DNA of 25,105 bases from a bacterium (GTDB lineage: Bacteria > JAMCPX01), in contig JBBIVV010000027.1 of assembly GCA_037439545.1 (NCBI GenBank), positions 1 through 25,105 on the forward strand, given 5' to 3'. Shown here one piece after another: positions 1 to 8,092 of the stretch (its first letter is position 1; every line of letters starts with the position of its first letter). A model generated the notes under the pieces. The model was not told the origin of the DNA. It was given only the letters and a program-made list of their open reading frames with translations, and ran no database searches. The translations under genes and the position numbers were made by a program.

Positions 1-144
1 TAAAGAGGTTGTTTTAAATTACATACCCCCTCCATAACTTGTCAAGGGTAATGCTCTCAAAGCCTTACTTAAAATAACTTTTTCTCAAAGCGTTTTTGCG
101 GCAAGCTGGCCGGTGATAATGAGACTGTTACAACGGGTATAGGA

Positions 145-762
145 ATGATTACAGGATGTAAACATTTTACAGGATCAGCCGTAATATCGGGTGTCAAATT
201 TTCCGTCGATGCATGGTACCGGCAGGGGGTCGGATTGGTAGCAGGGAAGGTGAACTGGCCTCCTCCCAACGGCGTATCCATTAATCTTCTCTCAACGCAG
301 GATCTCGGTTCAGCACAGGCAGGCTTCAATACCATCGAATCCATGACTGTAATAAGCCCCAGCAATCCAAATTTCAAGCTTGATACGTATGATGTCAACA
401 ATCAGTTTGATGCAGATAAATATACCCATGCACAGATGCTGCTTGAGATGCGCTGGGTCGACGATGCCTTGGCGAAGCAGGCAAACCCCACTTCTCCCTT
501 TCTCTCCGGAAGTTCTAACATAGAATTTGGAGATGTGTACGGCTATTTTCCTTTCGATCTCATTGCATCGCCGGTAAGCATTCTCCATCCCGAGGAAAAC
601 GGGAAAGGATATACCTATTGGATCGGCTACGTGAGTGCAGCTGACAAATATCAATCCGGCCCGAATGGCATTGAATACCATATCTATGTAAAACTTCCGG
701 ACTATGTTTCTCACGCGTTGCGCGTAAGCGCACGGATACACTACCACCTGGTTACTCCGTAA
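145..762 (+). CDS. Hypothetical protein; start uncertain, possibly an N-terminally truncated remnant
   Basis: 205-aa ORF with protein-like composition, followed by a terminator hairpin. The frame is open upstream to 73 with no ATG and only a weak RBS. No family recognised. Confidence 0.55.
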   Translation: MITGCKHFTGSAVISGVKFSVDAWYRQGVGLVAGKVNWPPPNGVSINLLSTQDLGSAQAGFNTIESMTVISPSNPNFKLDTYDVNNQFDADKYTHAQMLLEMRWVDDALAKQANPTSPFLSGSSNIEFGDVYGYFPFDLIASPVSILHPEENGKGYTYWIGYVSAADKYQSGPNGIEYHIYVKLPDYVSHALRVSARIHYHLVTP

Positions 763-770
763 CCTTTTCC

Positions 771-803
771 ACAGGGGGACGTCACAACGCATCCCCCTGT
801 TTG
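771..803 (+). terminator. Intrinsic terminator-like hairpin between convergent genes
   Basis: ACAGGGGGA (771-779) pairs with TCCCCCTGT (792-800), followed by a short T run, 8 nt after the stop at 762. Confidence 0.65.
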
Positions 804-947
804 ATTATTATGTGATCAACCCGAACACGATGCTTGCCTGACCAAGATTTGTGATGTGTATAGTGTCTGCCGGCGAAGGAACCGAGCTATCGACAGTGTA
901 GTTTCTTACCCGTAATGTGCCTTTTTTTTTGCTGAACGATCGGGACC

Positions 948-1823
948 TTAAAAAAGTTTTCCTCTGAATGCCTGCACTGCAAACGATCCGAAGAGAAGAA
1001 GGAAGACGGAAACAAAGATGAATAAAAGCGGGAAGGTCATTTTTACGGGTGCCTCCATGGCAAGCTTCTCGGCCCTTTGGAACCGCCGCGTCCTGTACTC
1101 TTCCGATTGTATGCGGAGAGTCCTTGCAAGCCCAGACCCGAGTTCATCGCTCTGGATAATGGCATTGACAAGGGATGCAATCTCAGGCACACCCACACGC
1201 TGAGACATGTCGGTCAAAGCCTGTTTGCGTGCCTTACCCATCTTCAGCTCCTGTAAGAATTGAAAAAGCTCCTTGCGAAGTATACCTTCCTTCGATTTCT
1301 CGACGACCCTGCTCACACTGCCGGTCAGATCAAGTCCGGCTTCAATGGACAAGGTCAGCAGATCAAGCACGTACGGAAGCTCCTTGAGTATTGCAGCCTT
1401 TCGCTTCTTGTTAAGCTCCCTGAGCCAAAGGTCAGGATAAAAGAACCCTGTCATAGAAAGTATAAAAGTAATGGCGATTGAAAAACCGAGTATCATACTA
1501 ATAAAAAGTACGACTATAGCAGTTAGTTCTTGAAGTGCTAAAAACTCCCCTGGTGACAGATACAGCGGCTCGCCAGCACGCAAAAGCCGTTTCCTAATTC
1601 TGATGAAATAGCCGGACAGCCGCTCTTTTTTCGGATGAACACGTACAATAAAATCCAGCACCATTATAAACCATTTGTAAGAAGATGATTTCATCATGGT
1701 TTCTCTCGCGGGTTTGATCCTGTCCTGCTTTTCCATCACCCGTTTACCAAGCAATGCCGTTGTTATCATATACGCACACAGTGACATAAACAGGCTCGAT
1801 AGGATTAGATACGTTGTACTCAT
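948..1823 (-). CDS. tadC: Tad pilus inner-membrane platform protein TadC (T2SS F domain)
   Basis: Motifs ELPYVLDLLTLSIEAGL and RRFQRAEKLAMEAPVKMTFPL; last gene of the operon; 4-nt overlap with tadB. Confidence 0.92.
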   Translation of the reverse strand: MSTTYLILSSLFMSLCAYMITTALLGKRVMEKQDRIKPARETMMKSSSYKWFIMVLDFIVRVHPKKERLSGYFIRIRKRLLRAGEPLYLSPGEFLALQELTAIVVLFISMILGFSIAITFILSMTGFFYPDLWLRELNKKRKAAILKELPYVLDLLTLSIEAGLDLTGSVSRVVEKSKEGILRKELFQFLQELKMGKARKQALTDMSQRVGVPEIASLVNAIIQSDELGSGLARTLRIQSEEYRTRRFQRAEKLAMEAPVKMTFPLLFIFVSVFLLLFGSFAVQAFRGKLF

Positions 1824-2671
1824 ATATCGATCCTTACGATCTTTGCTATAAAGAATGCACCGATCGCTTCGAATAAAGCGATTACAATCAGGATTGCCCA
1901 GCCGACAGGGTCTTTGAATAATGGCATGATGAGATTCGGATCAAGCTTATACAATATAAATCCCAGTGCAACAGGCATAAGCCCTATCACCATGCCCTGC
2001 ATCCTGCCCTGTGCTGTCAGAGCCTTGATCTTGCCCTGAATAGTGTTGCGCTGCCGGAGTGTGTCTGCGATGGTATCGAACATCTCGGACAGATTCCCGC
2101 CGACGTCCTTTACAACATTGGTTGCGGTCACGAATAGATCAAGGTCCTCACTCTCCACCCGTGTGCTTAAGTTTATCAGTGCCTGTTCCAGCGGCACGCC
2201 GAGCGCCACTTCTTTGCTTACCATTGAAAGCTCCTGAGACAAAGGTGCCGGATACTGATTCGCAGCCCTTGCAATTGCCTGCTGAAGCGATAAGCCGGAT
2301 TTCAGGGCGTTGCTTACAATGCCGACTGCATCGATGAACTGTTCATTAAATAATCTCAAACGCCTCTTTCGCATAAAACCTATCCATACTTTTGATACAA
2401 ATATCCCTGATGGGGAAACAGCGATACCCGCAATTATGCTTCCTGTAACAATGGATATAATTACGAACATAACGAAAGAGGAGATGATATTGAGATAAAA
2501 TATCTTCTGAGGCTCCACCGTTACATAGAGCTCATCAAGTTGTTTTACCTGATTCGCAACCCTGCTCATGTAGACATCGGTACCATATTCAATAAACCCC
2601 ATGCTTTCAAAGACAATGAGAAACACTGCTATACCTGCAAATATTGTTGCACCGATCATGAACAATATCAT
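1820..2671 (-). CDS. tadB: Tad pilus inner-membrane platform protein TadB
   Basis: Motifs FNEQFIDA..NALKSGLSL, GGNLSEMFDTIADTLRQR, IKALTAQGRMQG; lies between tadA and tadC. Confidence 0.92.
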   Translation of the reverse strand: MILFMIGATIFAGIAVFLIVFESMGFIEYGTDVYMSRVANQVKQLDELYVTVEPQKIFYLNIISSFVMFVIISIVTGSIIAGIAVSPSGIFVSKVWIGFMRKRRLRLFNEQFIDAVGIVSNALKSGLSLQQAIARAANQYPAPLSQELSMVSKEVALGVPLEQALINLSTRVESEDLDLFVTATNVVKDVGGNLSEMFDTIADTLRQRNTIQGKIKALTAQGRMQGMVIGLMPVALGFILYKLDPNLIMPLFKDPVGWAILIVIALFEAIGAFFIAKIVRIDI

Positions 2672-4335
2672 TGAAAGATCTCCTGCGGCACCTCTCTATG
2701 GCGGGCTCGCAGCTCTTCTACAAACTTGGGGACAAAACCTGTTGGTATGAATTTACCCATTACCATGCCATTTTGATCGATTCCGGTTGTTTCGTATAAA
2801 AATATATCCTGGAGTACTATGATGTCCCCTTCCATACCCTGGACCTCTGCTATAGCTGAGATGCGTCTTGCACCATCCTTGAATCTTGTCTGCTGGACAA
2901 TAAGGTCAATAGCTGATTTGATCTGCTCCCTTATTGCCTTGACAGGCAGCTCCATGCCTGACATCAACACCAAGGTCTCCAATCTTGATAAACCATCCCT
3001 CGGGCTATTTGCATGCAGTGTCGTGAGCGAGCCGTCGTGGCCGGTGTTCATTGCCTGAAGCATATCAAGTGCTTCTCCGCCCCTGCATTCACCGACAATG
3101 ATCCTGTCGGGACGCATTCTTAATGCATTGCGTACAAGATCTCTGATGGTTATCGCCCCTTTGCCCTCTATGTTGGCAGGTCTTGCCTCGAGCGAGACAA
3201 CATGAGGCTGATTCAATTTCAGTTCCGCAGCATCCTCAATGGTCAGTATTCGTTCATCGTCGGGAATAAAATTAGAAAGTACATTGAGCAGTGTTGTCTT
3301 GCCGGAGCCTGTGCCGCCTGAAACAATGATGTTCTTTCTTGTTTTAATTGCTATCTTTAAAAATTCCGACATCTTGTCTGTCATGGAGCCGAATCCTACC
3401 AGATCACGAATGGTGTAAGGTATTTTTGAAAACTTCCTTATGGTGATCGTGGGTCCCTTTAGTGCAAGGGGCGGTATGATAACATGCACCCGTGAGCCGT
3501 CTTTCAACCGAGCGTCAACGGTAGGAGAGCTTTCGTCTATCCTCCTGCCAAGGGGGGAAACAATCCTTTCAATAACGCTCAGGATTGCTCTGTCGGATGA
3601 AAATCTCAGTTGTGTTTTTTCAAGCCTGCCGTTCTTTTCTACGTATATTTGATCCTTTGCGTTTACCATAACCTCGTTTATGGATTTATCTTCAAGTAAT
3701 GATTCTATCGGGCCGAGACCAAGCACCTCATCAATAATATCTTTGATCAATGCCGACTGATTAATGGAATCATCTAATGCGTTATTTGTTTTTAACTGCG
3801 AGATAATACTTTTTATAATCTCATTGGCTTTGTATTTTACTTCCTCTGTTTTCAATTTTGAAAGATCGATGTTTTTCAGATCGAGCTCGTCGAGCAACTG
3901 TCTGTGTATTTCCTGCTTTATGTTGTCCAGTTTTTCTGCACTTATTATATTCTGAGGAGAACAGGTTTTCACAGACTCACTAAAGCCATTGTTTTCTGCC
4001 GCATGTTCTTCCGGACTTTTTTGAGCGTCATAGCCATGTTCCCTGCTCGCAATATTGTTTACGATAATCTCATGAATACCTATTTTCAGGCTGTCTCCTG
4101 TATTCAAAACAACGGGTTTTGCCAACTGTTTTCCCTTGTAAAATGTGCCGTTCGAACTGTTCAGATCTTTTCCAAGCCATGTATTGTTATGCCTGTAGAT
4201 CTGCAAATGCTTTCTCGAGCACAAGCTGTCATCGAGCTTTATATCAGCATCTTCTGATCTGCCAATAATAGCCTGCACCTCTATTGCCGTTGTAAGAATT
4301 ATTTTATCCTGCCTCATGATTTTTATCTCGAGCAT
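2668..4335 (-). CDS. tadA: CpaF/TadA pilus assembly ATPase with N-terminal FHA domain
   Basis: Walker A GGTGSGKTT, TIEDAAEL, LRMRPDRIIVGECRG, MNTGHDGSLTTLHANS. N-terminus has FHA motifs IGR, SRKH and SSNGT. Confidence 0.95.
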   Translation of the reverse strand: MLEIKIMRQDKIILTTAIEVQAIIGRSEDADIKLDDSLCSRKHLQIYRHNNTWLGKDLNSSNGTFYKGKQLAKPVVLNTGDSLKIGIHEIIVNNIASREHGYDAQKSPEEHAAENNGFSESVKTCSPQNIISAEKLDNIKQEIHRQLLDELDLKNIDLSKLKTEEVKYKANEIIKSIISQLKTNNALDDSINQSALIKDIIDEVLGLGPIESLLEDKSINEVMVNAKDQIYVEKNGRLEKTQLRFSSDRAILSVIERIVSPLGRRIDESSPTVDARLKDGSRVHVIIPPLALKGPTITIRKFSKIPYTIRDLVGFGSMTDKMSEFLKIAIKTRKNIIVSGGTGSGKTTLLNVLSNFIPDDERILTIEDAAELKLNQPHVVSLEARPANIEGKGAITIRDLVRNALRMRPDRIIVGECRGGEALDMLQAMNTGHDGSLTTLHANSPRDGLSRLETLVLMSGMELPVKAIREQIKSAIDLIVQQTRFKDGARRISAIAEVQGMEGDIIVLQDIFLYETTGIDQNGMVMGKFIPTGFVPKFVEELRARHREVPQEIFQ

Positions 4336-4338
4336 AGA

Positions 4339-5622
4339 TCAGTCCATCGGGTCATATCCTATGGATTTGTCTGCATCATTATACCGTTTCTTCATATCTT
4401 TGATTTTGGTATCATCAATACTACCGGGCCTTATTATTGCCGGCGTTATAAATACAAGAAACTGTGATTGCGATTGCTGATATTTCCGTGATTTGAAAAG
4501 TTCTCCAATAATAGGTATGCTTCCCAAAAGGGGAAACTTCGCAACATTTTTAAATCCCTTATCATTCAACAACTCTGATAGTACGAGCGTTTCTCCCTGC
4601 GTCAGGTTTACAACTGTCTCCGTTTTCCTTGTCACAAAAGCAGGAAGGTTTATGCCGTTTGCAGAAATTGCATTTCCCATATCAATATCACTAGTCTCAG
4701 CATGTATTTTAAGACTTATGTTGTTAAACTCATCTGTAGCCGGCTCTATGTTAAGTATTACGCCAAACTCTTTCCAGTTAACGTTCGTTTGTCCAAGTGC
4801 TGATGAAACAGGTATCGGGATTTCCCCGCCTGCTATAAAGTTAGCTTTATCACCTGAACGGCATACAAGCACCGGGTTGTTCAAAACCCTGCCAAGATTA
4901 TTGGTAACCATCATATTAAAAATGAATGCAAAATCAGAAAGGATGGAACCTCCGACAGAAAAAACCCCTATCTTCGGCTGCCCTTGTATTGCAGGATAAG
5001 CACCCTTGAACTCCGCTGACATTGGTATGGTTTGAGGCCAGCCGATACCGATGTTTTTTGCAAATCCTTTGTCCACTTCCATCATCTTCACATCAATCTG
5101 TACCATTTTGTCCATGCGCACTTCGTTCTTTTTTGCGAAGCTGATGACCTGAGGATATAATGTTAAAACTTTTTGCACCTTGTCATAATCGTCAGACTGT
5201 AATACCTGTCCTTCGAGAACGACCCTGTTACCGATAACATTGACATTCACGCCTTCAACATCGTGCAGGAGTTCTTTCACATCAAAGGCAACAAGCTTTG
5301 GATCTTCTATGGTCACACGTATGGTATAATCCTGTTTTCTTCCCGATATCTGCCATATGGAAAGGTTCGTTATGCCTTTTACAAGGGCTGTTATCATAAG
5401 CTGACGTGTATTGATGACCCTTACGCTTGCTATGGTTGCATCTCCGATCGCAACCTTTGAGATGTTTGTTTGTTCTATAATTCTGGTCTGCCCCTGGACC
5501 AGGGAAATGATGTCCTGATCTGCATGTGCACTCTGTGGTATCAAAACAGAGAGGCAAAGAAAAAAATAGGTCTTATATGTCCTATATGATCTATAGGTCC
5601 TATATTTTCTATTTTTACCCAT
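4339..5622 (-). CDS. cpaC: Tad secretin CpaC/RcpA (pilus N domain, BON-like domain, secretin)
   Basis: Signal peptide ending AHA-D; KVAIGDATIA; FIAGGEIPIP; WKEFGVILNIEP; FPLLGSIPIIGELFKS; VFITPAII. Confidence 0.92.
   Translation of the reverse strand: MGKNRKYRTYRSYRTYKTYFFLCLSVLIPQSAHADQDIISLVQGQTRIIEQTNISKVAIGDATIASVRVINTRQLMITALVKGITNLSIWQISGRKQDYTIRVTIEDPKLVAFDVKELLHDVEGVNVNVIGNRVVLEGQVLQSDDYDKVQKVLTLYPQVISFAKKNEVRMDKMVQIDVKMMEVDKGFAKNIGIGWPQTIPMSAEFKGAYPAIQGQPKIGVFSVGGSILSDFAFIFNMMVTNNLGRVLNNPVLVCRSGDKANFIAGGEIPIPVSSALGQTNVNWKEFGVILNIEPATDEFNNISLKIHAETSDIDMGNAISANGINLPAFVTRKTETVVNLTQGETLVLSELLNDKGFKNVAKFPLLGSIPIIGELFKSRKYQQSQSQFLVFITPAIIRPGSIDDTKIKDMKKRYNDADKSIGYDPMD
5566..5604. repeat. 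Four degenerate 9-bp tandem units encoding YRTYRSYRTYKTY in the secretin signal peptide
   Basis: ATAGGTCTT ATATGTCCT ATATGATCT ATAGGTCCT ATA read directly. Confidence 0.85.
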
Positions 5623-5626
5623 TTTC

Positions 5627-6415
5627 CTATTCCCCTCCCTTACCCTTTATTACCCTTATGTTACGTTCATGCTGAATCTGTTTGAGGTTACCGATCTTCA
5701 TAATATCCTCCCATCCCACAAGCGGCATATTCTCCTCTGTTTGTATATTGTCTGTACTCCTGAGGACAAAGTTTAAGCGTGCCCTTTCCGAAGCAAAGGT
5801 AAGAAGCTCTGATTCAATTGGGGATACGGCAAGAGTTAGACTGTTATAGCTGTAGGGGTCTGATTCCTGCAGTCCTTTGCCCCATATACCTCCTGTCGCA
5901 AGTACGGTAACGTTCTGGAGCAGGGTGATGGTTGCGAGTTTTGTGGCACCTGAGGCTGATGGAAATGAGAACGTGCCGAGTATGTCTACATGGTCACCCG
6001 ATCTTATCAAGCCGGATACACTGCTCTGGTTATCGACTGCTATCGATATCGCCCTTTCGCTCTCTTTTATCAAAGAAGTAAATCCCGAGCCTTTTGCAGC
6101 ACCGAGCATTGTCCATTGCAGCGGTTCTCCCTTTTCTACCTGCATTACAGTCCTGTGTCCCATAACAGCGTCTTCATCCTTTTGCTGAATCGTATTGTGA
6201 GAAATGTATCGTTTTGGCTGCGGCACAGAGGTAAGATGATCCTTTGTTATAATTGCGCCAGGTTTAATATCTGTTTTTGCTACAAGCACATCCACTGTCT
6301 CAAGCTCGCTGTAAACTGAATGTCTGAAAGCCGCAAGATAGAGCTGTATCAAGACTACGGCAATGATGCCGCTGCCTACACCTATGATTAATTTTTTATT
6401 CTTATCGAGTTTCAT
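5627..6415 (-). CDS. cpaB: Flp pilus assembly protein CpaB/RcpC (SAF domain)
   Basis: N-terminal TM; VLVAKTDIKPG; RAISIAVD..VSGLIRSGDHVDIL; LLQNVTVLA; GGAGG RBS upstream. Confidence 0.93.
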   Translation of the reverse strand: MKLDKNKKLIIGVGSGIIAVVLIQLYLAAFRHSVYSELETVDVLVAKTDIKPGAIITKDHLTSVPQPKRYISHNTIQQKDEDAVMGHRTVMQVEKGEPLQWTMLGAAKGSGFTSLIKESERAISIAVDNQSSVSGLIRSGDHVDILGTFSFPSASGATKLATITLLQNVTVLATGGIWGKGLQESDPYSYNSLTLAVSPIESELLTFASERARLNFVLRSTDNIQTEENMPLVGWEDIMKIGNLKQIQHERNIRVIKGKGGE

Positions 6416-6423
6416 AATGCCTC

Positions 6424-6582
6424 CTATGGAATAGGCAATGATATAAATGCGATCAAAAATCCAAAATACCTTCCCATTGCGCTGCCAAGCAGCTTGACCG
6501 CAGCCCCGGCGCTTATCGCAAGAACAAGGGTCACTATGAGATATTCGATCATTGCCTGTCCGTTATTTATTTTTGATTGCAT
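6424..6582 (-). CDS. 52-aa Flp/TadE-like minor pilin (not in ORF track)
   Basis: Manual translation MQSKINNGQAMIEYLIVTLVLAISAGAAVKLLGSAMGRYFGFLIAFISLPIP*. Prepilin motif G|QAMIEY plus hydrophobic helix; fills the gap exactly, and its stop overlaps the cpaB RBS. Confidence 0.88.
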   Translation of the reverse strand: MQSKINNGQAMIEYLIVTLVLAISAGAAVKLLGSAMGRYFGFLIAFISLPIP

Positions 6583-7270
6583 AGGTAATAATTGAAACAT
6601 ACCCCGCCTCTTTCATCTCAACATTCAATAGAAACAGCCGTGTGCCTGTCTTATACAATGTAAGCCCCTGTTCCTGACGCATTTTTTTATAGCCTTCAGT
6701 TTGAAGTCTTGAATCATAATAAAGCTCAACCGCACCTGGAGTGGCTTCTGCCGTATAGTGCCCTATTGAGAATTTTGCTGTCTGAATGGTATTGATTTTT
6801 ACCGCAGACGGGTAAACCGGAAGGTCTTGTGAGTCATGGATGTTTCTATCTATAAACTGGTTAATGTCAAAGCCTTTATCAAGCTTTAAGGCTACATATT
6901 TGATGGAGTGATTATCGTTATTGGCAAAACCCATTAAAGGCTCTATCTTTGACATCAACGCACCGGGTGTTGTTGTGTCCTGCCTATTGACTGCACCGTT
7001 TAATTGAACCGCAAGTCCGCCATTTTTATCACGATAAAACGGCAAGGATTTATCATTGCGCACCATGGAAAGCAAAGCACCATCATCTTCCTGTGTGCCA
7101 ATAATCATATCCATATTCTGGCCATTCACCTTAAAATGCGTTGTTTGATGAGGTATATTATTTAGAATTCCTTCAGAAGAAAACAGCTCATATACAGTAC
7201 TTTTACCCCTGGCTACAAAAAATAAAGTGACCATGAGAGTAGTTAAAATTGTTAATAGTATGTGTTTCAT
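6563..7270 (-). CDS. Exported or membrane-anchored hypothetical protein within the tad operon
   Basis: 235 aa; N-terminal hydrophobic segment; co-oriented and tightly packed with the tad genes. Confidence 0.8.
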   Translation of the reverse strand: MKHILLTILTTLMVTLFFVARGKSTVYELFSSEGILNNIPHQTTHFKVNGQNMDMIIGTQEDDGALLSMVRNDKSLPFYRDKNGGLAVQLNGAVNRQDTTTPGALMSKIEPLMGFANNDNHSIKYVALKLDKGFDINQFIDRNIHDSQDLPVYPSAVKINTIQTAKFSIGHYTAEATPGAVELYYDSRLQTEGYKKMRQEQGLTLYKTGTRLFLLNVEMKEAGYVSIITYAIKNK

Positions 7271-7286
7271 ACGACATTTACCCGCT

Positions 7287-8063
7287 TTAATTACCTACTA
7301 TAGATGGATTTTCGAGACTAAAGTCCGTACCGCCGCCACCGCTACTATCACCGCTGCTGCCGCCTTTAAACCCTTTGGCTACTGCAATGGCCCAGAGTCC
7401 ATATTTTAATATCTTCCCTGTCGTACTGCTTTCTTTCCATGTATCCATAAAGACAAAATGCTGCGCGCCTGAATGAGAAATTTTAGATGAAAAAGGATAG
7501 TTATAGCCAGTCACGTCTATGGCAATACCTTGTATACCGGCAACGTCTGCTAATATGATGCCGAGATCTCCGAGCGAGGCTCCGGCAAAGCCGACAGAAG
7601 GTTCCGGATGGCTTACGCTGATAATCGAGTCCTGATTGAAGAAAAGGCCTTTTATTATGTCTGCTGATGGTACACTTTCGTCGTGTCTGCCGGCATACCA
7701 TGCTGCATATCTTGCTGCTATAATTGTTCGTTCTTTTAATACGAGCAGCCTTGCAAAGAAAATCACACTACTCAGCATGAGCAGGAGCACGGGAAAGATA
7801 ATTATAAACTCCGTGAAGGATTGGCCAGCTTCATGTAAAGACTGTGTCACCAATCCCCCTCCCCCCTTTAGAGGCTGTCCGACAATTGTCATCCCGAACT
7901 TGTTTCGGGATCTCAAGATGGTATAACAAGGTAATAATATGAGATGCTGAAATAAATTCAGCATGACAACCCTGCTGTTTTTTGAATTGCCGGACAACCT
8001 GTTTACTAAAGGGGGATAAAAGGGATTAGGCATGACCCTGTTTGTACAAATAACCGTATTAAT
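7287..8063 (-). CDS. tadE: TadE-like pseudopilin with repeat-expanded leader; probable ATT start at 8063 (alternative ATG at 8033)
   Basis: G|QSFTEFIIIFPVLLLM and AARYAAW motifs; Gly/Ser tail. GGAGG lies 6 nt upstream of an in-frame ATT. Confidence 0.8.
   Translation of the reverse strand: MNTVICTNRVMPNPFYPPLVNRLSGNSKNSRVVMLNLFQHLILLPCYTILRSRNKFGMTIVGQPLKGGGGLVTQSLHEAGQSFTEFIIIFPVLLLMLSSVIFFARLLVLKERTIIAARYAAWYAGRHDESVPSADIIKGLFFNQDSIISVSHPEPSVGFAGASLGDLGIILADVAGIQGIAIDVTGYNYPFSSKISHSGAQHFVFMDTWKESSTTGKILKYGLWAIAVAKGFKGGSSGDSSGGGGTDFSLENPSIVGN
7871..8001. mobile_element. 131-bp MITE-like element with terminal inverted repeats and TTTA target duplication
   Basis: Ends GAGGCTGTCCGACAATT and (reverse complement) CAGGTTGTCCGGCAATT; TTTA at 7867-7870 and 8002-8005; removal restores the hairpin CCCCCTTTA-C-TAAAGGGGG. 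Confidence 0.72.
7888..7967. repeat. Inverted doublet of 26-bp GTCAT-type REP palindromes
   Basis: GTCATCCCGAACTTGTTTCGGGATCT (7888-7913) and inverted GTCATGCTGAATTTATTTCAGCATCT (7967-7942); each is an 8-bp hairpin, with two compensatory pair changes between copies. Confidence 0.85.
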
Positions 8064-8092
8064 TGCTAACCTCCTTTTTGAATTTTTTTGAT

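Noticed and set aside
922..930. T9 homopolymer as a phase-variation tract
   Set aside because: Intergenic, downstream of both convergent genes; no frame or promoter is affected.
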